Below, in pieces: positions 42,008 to 49,143 of a DNA stretch of 64,000 nt (the stretch's first letter is position 1; the number at the start of each line of letters is the position of its first letter). The notes beneath the pieces are model-generated. The model was not told the origin of the DNA. It saw only the letters and a program-made list of their open reading frames with translations, and did no database searches. The DNA lies in assembly GCA_022616055.1 (NCBI GenBank), contig JAKEFM010000284.1, forward strand, positions 18,636-82,635. The letters are read 5' to 3'. A program made the translations under genes and the position numbers. This DNA is from Planctomycetota bacterium. Lineage in GTDB: Bacteria > Planctomycetota > UBA1135 > JAKEFM01.

Positions 42008-44764
42008 ATGAAGAAGACATTTTTCGCCTCCGCGGCGCTCTCGATCGCGTGTGGCGTCGCCTCCGCTCAGGCCCCCGTCCTCTCGCCCCTCCAGTTCCTC
42101 CCCGGCGACGGGACGATCGGGCCGGCCGCGGGAGAGCAGCGTGCCCCCACGCTCGTCCCCGGCGGGACCGGGTTCCTCGCCGTCTGGGAGGACGCGCGGA
42201 CGGACCTCGTGCCGAACTACCTCGCCGACCAGGGTGGCTTCGACGTCTACGCGTCGCGGCTCGACGCCCTCGGGACCCCGATCGACCTCCTCCCGATCGT
42301 CGTCTCCGAGGCGTTCGGCGACCAGGAGCGCCCGCGCGCCGCGTGGAACGGCCAGGACTGGCTCGTCGTCTGGACGAACCAGGAACCGATCGGCTCCTTC
42401 TACGGGCCCGCGATCCGCGCCGCGCGCATCTCCGCGGCGGGAGTGTTCCTCGACGCCACCTCGATCCTCCTCCCCGTCCCCGCGAACATCGGGGAAGACC
42501 TCCTCTTCGGCGTCGCGAGCGACGGAAGCAACTGGCTGGTCGTCTGGAAGGACTTCGTCGGACCCACCGCCGTGATCCGGGGCTCCCGGATCTCCCCGCT
42601 CGGGACGCTGCTCGACACGACCCCGGTGACGCTCGCCACCGTCCCGAGCCAGGCCTACCACGGCGAGGTCGTCTTCGGTCACGGCGCCTACCTCGTCGTC
42701 TGGAACCACTGGACGGGGTCGGGGAACGACGACGTCTTCGGTCGGCGCTTCACCCCGGCCCTCGCGCCGCTCGGGGGGATGTTCCCGATCGCGGCCGACG
42801 ACGACTACGACGTGTGGCCCTCGGTCGCCGTCGGCCCCGCCGGGTTCTTCGTCGCCTGGGAGAACTACAACTCCTGCTGCGTCGGAGGCGGCGGAAAGGT
42901 CTTCGGCGCCCGCCTCAGCCCGACCGGACAGGTCCTCGATCCGGCGGGGATCCTGATCTCGGCGACGACCGACTTCACCACCGGGCGCACCCCCTCCGCC
43001 TGCGCCGACGGCTCGCAGTGGTACGTCACCTGGACCTACGAGTCCGGGACCGCGTTCCAGCAGCTGCACGCCGCGCGCGTGTCGGGAGCGGGAGCGGTCC
43101 TCGATCCGGGGGGCTTCCTCGTCCAGCCGACGGGCTCCGCGCAAACCGAGTCGGCGGTCGGCGCGGCCCCCGGAGGCGGAGCGGTCGTCGCATGGACCGA
43201 CGACCTCGCCGGAGGGGTCGATCCGTACGACGTCTTTTCGGCGCCGCTGACCTCGGGCGGAGGGGCGGGGACCGCGAACAGCGTGACGCTCGGCGCGCCG
43301 GCCCAGGTCCGCCCGCGCCTGGCGTGGACGGGGAGCGACTACCTCGCCGTCTTCGTGAGCCGCGTCTCGGGGAGCAACCGGATCCTCGGCCAGCGCCTCG
43401 ACGCCTCGGGGAACGCGATCGACGCGGTCCCCTTCGAGATCGCGGGGCCGAGCGCGGCGCTCCGCTCCCCCGCGGTCGCCTGGGACGGGAGCGAGCACAT
43501 CGTCGTCTGGAGCGAGGGCTCGGTCGTCCTCGGGCGGCGCCTCGACGCGGCGGGGACGCCCCTCGATCTCGCCCCCTTCTCGATCATGCCCGGGGCCGCT
43601 CCCGACGTCTCCGCGCTCGGCGGGGACTTCCTCGTCGTCGCCACGCACGCGCCGTCGAACCCGCAGTTCCGCTTCACCTTCGCGGCGCGGGTGCGAGGCT
43701 TCGACGGGCTCGTGCTGGATCCGACGCCCCTCCAGCTCGGCCAGTACTTCGCCGTCGCCCCGAAGGTCGCGGCCTTCGGGACGCAGTGGATCGCCGTCTG
43801 GGAGAGACACTTCTCCCACGACGATCCGCACGCGAACGTCCACGCGGCATTCGTGACCGCGGCGGGGACGAGCCCCGGGGAGTTCGCGATGACCGGCGGA
43901 TCGGTCTTCCACAACGCCGCGGCGGTCGCGTCGGACGGGGCGAGCGCCCTCGTCGCGTGGGCCGACAACACCCCGAGCATCCAGAGCGCGAACCTCTCCG
44001 CCCGCCGCGTCCTCCCGAACGGGTCGATGCTCCCGATCCTCACCCTCAACGCCGCCGCGAATGTGCAGGCCTACCCCGCCCTCGCGTGGGACGGCGGCGA
44101 GTTCGTCGCGGCGTTCGAGGACCACCGGAACGCGGCCCTCTTCTTCGATCTCCGCGGCGACCTCTACGGCGCGAGGCTCGATGCGGCGGGGACGGTCCTC
44201 GATCCGGCGGGCTTCGCCGTCGCCTCCGGGGCGCCGCCCCAGATGAACCCCGCCGTCGCGGGCGGGCCGACCGGGAGCGCGGCCCTCGCCGGGGCTCAGT
44301 TCGGCTCCGGCTCGCCGTACGCCTCCTACCGCGTGGGGCTCAGGATCCTCGACCCGCCGAGCCCGTGCGCCGGCTCGTTCGTCGCCTACGGGTCCGGACT
44401 CCTCGGCACGGGAGGATTCGTCCCGGCTCTGGCCGGGACCGGATGCCCGACGATCGGCTCCACGATCGGTTGGACGGTGGCGAACGGGCGAGGCGCCGCG
44501 CCGGGCCTCCTCGCCTACGGGGCCTCTCCGGCCTCGATCCCGTTCTTCGGGGGGACGGCGCTCGTGACTCCGCTCCTCTTCGTCCCCTTCACGCTTGGCG
44601 GGACTCCCGGGGAGGCCGGGGCGGGCTCGACCTCCTTCGCGATCGCGATCCCGAACAACCCCGCCTTCGCCGGGACCGTCCACTACACCCAGGGGGTCGT
44701 CCTCGATCCGCTCGCGCCCCAGGGTCTCGCCTTCACCGCGGGCCTCGAGACGCACGTCGAATGA
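42008..44764 (+). CDS. Secreted protein built from ~14 copies of a ~55-aa W-x-D/aromatic repeat, with the shared C-terminal module
   Basis: 918 aa from ATG 42008. Signal peptide MKKTFFASAALSIACGVASAQA. Repeats of the form ...P-x-(V/A)AW(D/N)G-x-x-(W/Y)L(V/A)VW...(Y/F)GAR(L/I)...G-x-x-LD-x-x-G-(F/I)... occur, e.g. RPRAAWNGQDWLVVWTNQ, SPAVAWDGSEHIVVWSEG, YPALAWDGGEFVAAFEDH...LYGARLDAAGTVLDPAGFAV. The C-terminus is ...AIAIPNNPAFAGTVHYTQGVVLDP...GLETHVE. Confidence 0.85.
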   Translation: MKKTFFASAALSIACGVASAQAPVLSPLQFLPGDGTIGPAAGEQRAPTLVPGGTGFLAVWEDARTDLVPNYLADQGGFDVYASRLDALGTPIDLLPIVVSEAFGDQERPRAAWNGQDWLVVWTNQEPIGSFYGPAIRAARISAAGVFLDATSILLPVPANIGEDLLFGVASDGSNWLVVWKDFVGPTAVIRGSRISPLGTLLDTTPVTLATVPSQAYHGEVVFGHGAYLVVWNHWTGSGNDDVFGRRFTPALAPLGGMFPIAADDDYDVWPSVAVGPAGFFVAWENYNSCCVGGGGKVFGARLSPTGQVLDPAGILISATTDFTTGRTPSACADGSQWYVTWTYESGTAFQQLHAARVSGAGAVLDPGGFLVQPTGSAQTESAVGAAPGGGAVVAWTDDLAGGVDPYDVFSAPLTSGGGAGTANSVTLGAPAQVRPRLAWTGSDYLAVFVSRVSGSNRILGQRLDASGNAIDAVPFEIAGPSAALRSPAVAWDGSEHIVVWSEGSVVLGRRLDAAGTPLDLAPFSIMPGAAPDVSALGGDFLVVATHAPSNPQFRFTFAARVRGFDGLVLDPTPLQLGQYFAVAPKVAAFGTQWIAVWERHFSHDDPHANVHAAFVTAAGTSPGEFAMTGGSVFHNAAAVASDGASALVAWADNTPSIQSANLSARRVLPNGSMLPILTLNAAANVQAYPALAWDGGEFVAAFEDHRNAALFFDLRGDLYGARLDAAGTVLDPAGFAVASGAPPQMNPAVAGGPTGSAALAGAQFGSGSPYASYRVGLRILDPPSPCAGSFVAYGSGLLGTGGFVPALAGTGCPTIGSTIGWTVANGRGAAPGLLAYGASPASIPFFGGTALVTPLLFVPFTLGGTPGEAGAGSTSFAIAIPNNPAFAGTVHYTQGVVLDPLAPQGLAFTAGLETHVE

Positions 44765-44805
44765 CGGCCGCCTAGGACCACCTCCCCGGCATCGCTCACC
44801 GCGCG

Positions 44806-44835
44806 GCTCGATCCGTCCGGCGGGACGGCTCGAGC
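44806..44835. terminator. Hairpin between convergent genes (candidate bidirectional terminator)
   Basis: GCTCGATCCGTCC (44806-44818) / GGACGGCTCGAGC (44823-44835) form a 13-bp stem with one mismatch and a GGCG loop. No clear U-tract follows. Confidence 0.45.
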
Positions 44836-44842
44836 CGCACCT

Positions 44843-45217
44843 CTACTTCCGGACGGGCGCGCAGAGTTCGAGGTCGTGGCCGTCGGGATCGGCGAAGTAG
44901 AGCGAGACGGCCGGCATCCACTCGTGGAAGACCGGGCCCTGCACCGCGACGCCTCGCTCGCGGAGCGCCGCGGCGGCCGCCTCGACGTCCTTCTCCGCGA
45001 CGGCGAAGGCGAAGTGCTGGGTCGGCCAGTTCCCCGCGTCCTCCTGGAGCACGACCATCCCCGCCTCGCCCCCGACGCGCAGGAAGAGCCACTTCCTCTT
45101 CTCGTCGCGGATCCCCTCCTCGAAGCCGAGGATCTCCCGGTAGAACGGCTCCGCGCGGGCGAGGCTCTTAACGCGGATGGCGACCTCGAAGAGGCCCCGG
45201 ATCGGGAGCGCCGCCAT
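44843..45217 (-). CDS. VOC/glyoxalase-family protein
   Basis: 124 aa: FEVAIRVKSLARAEPFYREILGFEE...HFAFAV...LYFADPDGHDLEL. Its ATG overlaps the mmsA stop (ATGA at 45217). Confidence 0.85.
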   Translation of the reverse strand: MAALPIRGLFEVAIRVKSLARAEPFYREILGFEEGIRDEKRKWLFLRVGGEAGMVVLQEDAGNWPTQHFAFAVAEKDVEAAAAALRERGVAVQGPVFHEWMPAVSLYFADPDGHDLELCAPVRK

Positions 45218-46671
45218 CAGAACCACCTCGTGATGACGACCTTCCGCTCCGTGAAGAAGTCGATCGCGGCGTCGCCGTGGGCCTTCAAGTCCCCGAAGAA
45301 GGAGCCCTTCGCGCCGCCGAAGGGGAAGAAGGCCATCGGCGCGGCGATGCCGACGTTGACGCCGATCATCCCGGGGTGCGCGCGCTGGCGGTACTCCCGG
45401 GCGTGCTTCCCGCTCGAGGTGTAGATCGAGGAGGCGTTGCCGTACTCGCTCGCGTTGACGAGGCCGATCGCGTCTTCCAGGCCCTCCGCGCGCATCAGGC
45501 AGACGACGGGGCCGAAGATCTCGTCCTTCGCCACGGACATCTGCGGCCGGACGTCCTCGAAGATCGTCGGCCCGACCCAGTTCCCTCCGGGGAGGTCGGG
45601 GACCGAAGACTTGCGGCCGTCGAGGAGGAGGCGCGCCCCCTCCTTCACGCCGGCCTCGACGTAGGAGAGGACGCGGTCCTTCGCCCGGGGCGAGATGACG
45701 GGGCCCATCGTCACGCCCGCCTCCGCCCCGTTCCCGAGCCGGATCGCCTTCGCCGCGGCGAGGAGACCGTCCCGGACTTTCCCGTACGCCTCCCCCACCC
45801 CGACGACGATCGAGCCGGCGAGGCAGCGCTGCCCGGCGCAGCCGAAGATCGAGTCGCAGACGTTCTGGACCGCCTTCGGCATGTCGGCGTCGGGCATGAC
45901 GACGATGAAGTTCTTCGCACCCCCCAGCGCCTGGACGCGCTTGCCGTTCTCCGCGCAGGTCCGGTAGACGTGCCGGGCGACGGCGGAGGAGCCGACGAAG
46001 GAGACGCCGCGGACTCCCGGGTTGGCGCAGAAGGCGTCGACGACGTCCTTCGCCCCGTTCACGAGGTTCACGACGCCGGGGGGAAGCCCGGCCTCGGCGA
46101 GCAGCTCGAAGACCCGCCGCTGCGAGAGGGGGACCTGCTCCGAGGGCTTGAGGACGAAGGTGTTCCCGCAGGCGACCGCGTAGGGGAGGAACCAGAGCGG
46201 CACCATCGGGGGGAAGTTGAAGGGGGTGATCGCGGCGAAGACGCCGAGGGGCTGGCGCGTCGCCTCGCAGTCGATCCCGCGCGCGACGTCCTCGAGGCTC
46301 TTCCCCATCATCAGCGTCGGGATCCCGCAGGCGTGCTCGACGTTTTCGATCCCGCGGCCGACGTCGCTCCTCGACTCGGCGAGCGTCTTTCCGTTCTCGG
46401 ACGTGCAGATGCGCCCGATCTCCTCCCGGTGCGCGTCGAGGAGACCCTTGAACTTGAAGAGGTACCGCGCGCGCTCGACGGGGGGCGTCTCGCGCCAGGC
46501 GGGGAAGGCCTTCGCGGCGGCGCCGACCGCGTCGTCGACGTCCCCGGCAGTCGAGAGGGGGACCCGGGCGAGGATCTCCCCCGTCGCCGGGTTCTTCACG
46601 TCGAGGAGGGTCGTCCCGCGGGAGGGGACCCACGACCCGCCAATGTAGTTCGAGAGCGTGGGGACGGTCAT
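45217..46671 (-). CDS. mmsA: CoA-acylating methylmalonate/malonate-semialdehyde dehydrogenase
   Basis: 484 aa from ATG 46671, with a GGAG RBS 9 nt upstream. It begins MTVPTLSNYIGGSWV... The diagnostic segment is ITPFNFPPMVPLWFLPYAVACGNTFVLKPSEQVP, and the catalytic Cys is in FGCAGQRCLA. Confidence 0.9.
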   Translation of the reverse strand: MTVPTLSNYIGGSWVPSRGTTLLDVKNPATGEILARVPLSTAGDVDDAVGAAAKAFPAWRETPPVERARYLFKFKGLLDAHREEIGRICTSENGKTLAESRSDVGRGIENVEHACGIPTLMMGKSLEDVARGIDCEATRQPLGVFAAITPFNFPPMVPLWFLPYAVACGNTFVLKPSEQVPLSQRRVFELLAEAGLPPGVVNLVNGAKDVVDAFCANPGVRGVSFVGSSAVARHVYRTCAENGKRVQALGGAKNFIVVMPDADMPKAVQNVCDSIFGCAGQRCLAGSIVVGVGEAYGKVRDGLLAAAKAIRLGNGAEAGVTMGPVISPRAKDRVLSYVEAGVKEGARLLLDGRKSSVPDLPGGNWVGPTIFEDVRPQMSVAKDEIFGPVVCLMRAEGLEDAIGLVNASEYGNASSIYTSSGKHAREYRQRAHPGMIGVNVGIAAPMAFFPFGGAKGSFFGDLKAHGDAAIDFFTERKVVITRWF

Positions 46672-46754
46672 CGCGGCGGTCTCCGGGGGAAGAGGGCCTC
46701 CTCCGTAGCCTAGCACCGAGCCGGGTCGCGAGATCCTCCCGCGTCCCAGGGTGG

Positions 46755-46780
46755 GCAACCGGGGACCCGCCGCGCGCGTT
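46755..46780 (+). promoter_or_regulatory. Candidate ECF-type promoter (GCAACC-N16-CGTT) upstream of the hypothetical exported protein
   Basis: GCAACC at 46755-46760, a 16-nt spacer, then CGTTAT at 46777-46782. GGAGG RBS at 46794-46798 and ATG at 46805. Confidence 0.3.
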
Positions 46781-46804
46781 ATCGTACGGGTCCGGAGGCG
46801 CGCC

Positions 46805-48361
46805 ATGTGTCCGAACCCGCGTCCGTTCCTCCTCGCCGCGGCTTTCTCCTTCCTCTCCGCCTCGTCCACGCCGTCTCCCGCGCTCCCCTCCGAGGGACGG
46901 CTCTCGACGGGGAGGGTCACTCTCCTCTCCCGCGCGAGGCACGACGACTACGCGAAGGCGACGTTCAGCTTCGAGCAGGCCACCCGGAACGAGCACGGAA
47001 GGGACGGCCGATGGAAGGACCCGGAGCTCCAGTTCGGGAGCGGCGGAGACTTCTTCGACGTCCACCTGGTCACGGACGACCGGAGCGTCGTCGTCGACCT
47101 GGGGGAGCGCCCGCTCGAGGATCCGGGACCGCTCCCGACGTTTCCGGCGTGGAAGGCCCACGTGACGACGCGCGCTCCCGCCGTCGCCGGCCACCTCTAC
47201 GCGGTCCACACGAAGGACACCGACTCCGACCACGCGAGCCTGTTCCGGGTGACGGAGCTCCTCCCCGGGGAGCGCTGCACGCTCGAGTGGGTCTGCTGGG
47301 TACCCGCCCCGCGGGTGGAGCGTCCCGGCCTCGACCTGCTTCCGGGGATCCGCGACCGTCTCTCGGTCGTGCTCGACGACGCGATCCGCCTCGACCGTCG
47401 CGCGGAGGAGGAGCGCGTCGGCCGACTGGGAGAGAGCCCGGAGGTGGTTCTCCAGGTCCGCACAGGGGCGCAAGGGGGGAACCGGAGCCGCCTGCGCCTC
47501 GACGGGTCGACCGAGCGGCTACCGGACGAGATGAATCCGAGGGAGCTGGACTTCTCGCAGCCCCCGGAGAAGGGCTCCGCGCCGACCTGGTTCGCGAAGG
47601 TCGGCCTGGTGCCCGCGGACCGCGTCCTCGTCGTCGAATCGGTGGAGATCTGCGCGGCCGCGCCCGGCGACGGCAACGGCCTCGGCGAGGCCGCCGTGAG
47701 CCTGCCCTGCGGCGAGATCTTCCGGCTCCAAGACCAGGAGGGCCCGGTCCGCCTCCGGCTCGAGGGCTTGGCCCTGGTGCGCAAGGGCGAGGAGGACCGC
47801 GTCGCCGTCGAGCTCGCCAACTCGAGCGCCATCAACGCGCGGATCCACGGGCGGCTCGTCTCCCCGGAGGAGGCGACGCGCCTGGAGCCGCTCCCCTTCC
47901 TCACGTCCCCTACCTCGGGCGGGGAACCCCGCGCGGTCCTCCAGATCCGGGCCGGGGCCGGCGGCGGGAACCCCAATCGCCTGACTCTCCTCGGGAAGGC
48001 CACCCCGTACCTCGACCGGATCTCCTACGAGCCGCTCTCCTTCGAGAAGCCCGTCTCGATGCACGAGAGGTCCGTCGGCTACACGAGCGGGCTACGGATC
48101 CCCCCCGGCAAGGTCTTCGTCCTCACGAGCGCCTCCTGGACGGGCACGGCGGCGGGGGACTCCAACGGCCACGGCGAGTTCCTCCTGAAGGTCGGCGGCA
48201 CCGTCCTCGCTCACGTGCGGGACTCGAAGGAGCCGGTCCAGGGAGCCTGGTCGGGCCGGATCGAGATCCGCCGCGGGGAGGAGGGGAGAGTGTTCCTCGA
48301 GGTCGCCAACTCGAGCAGCGGGGACGTCCTGCTCGAAGGGGGGTTCGAGGGGGCGAGGTAG
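46805..48361 (+). CDS. Hypothetical exported protein with an internal tandem duplication
   Basis: 518 aa from ATG 46805. Signal-like N-terminus MCPNPRPFLLAAAFSFLSASS. The two halves share VVLQVRTGAQGGNRSRLRLDG / AVLQIRAGAGGGNPNRLTLLG, APGDGNGLGEA / AAGDSNGHGEF and RVAVELANSSA / RVFLEVANSSS. I recognise no family. Confidence 0.7.
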   Translation: MCPNPRPFLLAAAFSFLSASSTPSPALPSEGRLSTGRVTLLSRARHDDYAKATFSFEQATRNEHGRDGRWKDPELQFGSGGDFFDVHLVTDDRSVVVDLGERPLEDPGPLPTFPAWKAHVTTRAPAVAGHLYAVHTKDTDSDHASLFRVTELLPGERCTLEWVCWVPAPRVERPGLDLLPGIRDRLSVVLDDAIRLDRRAEEERVGRLGESPEVVLQVRTGAQGGNRSRLRLDGSTERLPDEMNPRELDFSQPPEKGSAPTWFAKVGLVPADRVLVVESVEICAAAPGDGNGLGEAAVSLPCGEIFRLQDQEGPVRLRLEGLALVRKGEEDRVAVELANSSAINARIHGRLVSPEEATRLEPLPFLTSPTSGGEPRAVLQIRAGAGGGNPNRLTLLGKATPYLDRISYEPLSFEKPVSMHERSVGYTSGLRIPPGKVFVLTSASWTGTAAGDSNGHGEFLLKVGGTVLAHVRDSKEPVQGAWSGRIEIRRGEEGRVFLEVANSSSGDVLLEGGFEGAR

Positions 48362-48603
48362 AGGCCGTGCTTCCGGGGTCTTCCCGCCGCGGCGGTGCCC
48401 CGCTCCCCGCCAGGGTCGAAGGGGCGCGCCCAGGCTCCGGCATATAGGCCCCTCCGCACGGGCGAGTCGATCCCGACCGGCGCGACGGCGATCCGCGCCG
48501 CGCGCCGGTTCCTCGAAGGCCGCGGATCCGTCCCGCCGGTTCGGCGTGGACGGGACGCGCGCCGGTCCGAAGAATCCGTGGGCCCGTTCGGCGGAGCGCC
48601 AGC

Positions 48604-49032
48604 TTGGATCCCGTCGCCCTCGTCCTGGTCTTCGTCGTCCTCGCGGTCCTCATCCGCGTCGCTGCGGGGAGCTTCGACAAGGAGCGGATCGAGAGGTACG
48701 TCGAGGAGCGCGGCGGACGGGTGATCAGCATCTCCTGGGCGCCCGTCGGCAAGGGGTGGTTCGGCGAGCGGAACGACCGTCTCTACGAGGTGGTCTACTA
48801 CGATCGAAAGGGAGACCAGCGCTTCGCGACCTGCAAGACGAGCCTCTTCTCCGGGGTCTACTGGACGGACGATCGCGTTTCCCACCATCGCCCCGAGGAG
48901 CTCGGCGGGCCACCGGGAGGTGCGGCCGACGACGAGGCGCGGCAACTGCGCGAGGAGAACTCGAAGCTGCGGGAGGAGCTGCGGCGGATCCGCCGCGAGC
49001 ACGACGAGAAGCTGCCCCCGCCGCAAGGGTGA
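48604..49032 (+). CDS. Hypothetical N-terminally anchored protein with a C-terminal coiled coil
   Basis: 142 aa from TTG 48604. The TM helix is VALVLVFVVLAVLIRVAAG, the globular part is YEVVYYDRKGDQRFATCKTSLFSGVYW, and the coiled coil is ARQLREENSKLREELRRIRREHDE. Confidence 0.6.
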   Translation: MDPVALVLVFVVLAVLIRVAAGSFDKERIERYVEERGGRVISISWAPVGKGWFGERNDRLYEVVYYDRKGDQRFATCKTSLFSGVYWTDDRVSHHRPEELGGPPGGAADDEARQLREENSKLREELRRIRREHDEKLPPPQG

Positions 49033-49067
49033 GGCCGCCACTTCCGTGTCGGCCCCGTTCCATCGGA

Positions 49068-49098
49068 GGCGGGCCGCCGGGACTGCCGGCCGCCCGCC
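49068..49098. terminator. GC-rich hairpin between convergent genes
   Basis: GGCGGGCCGCCGG (49068-49080) / CCGGCCGCCCGCC (49086-49098) form a 13-bp stem with one mismatch and a GACTG loop. Confidence 0.45.
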
Positions 49099-49143
49099 GC
49101 CGCCGAACGGCGACGGCCGCGACTCCCCGTTCGCGCCCGGAGA

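Noticed and set aside
40210-44775. A 1521-aa plus-strand ORF running across the beta-ureidopropionase, MNT and repeat-protein loci, with similar giant ORFs at 41729-44755 (minus) and 51377-55246 (plus).
   Set aside because: They cross well-supported genes on the other strand or frame, have shadow composition and contain no motifs.
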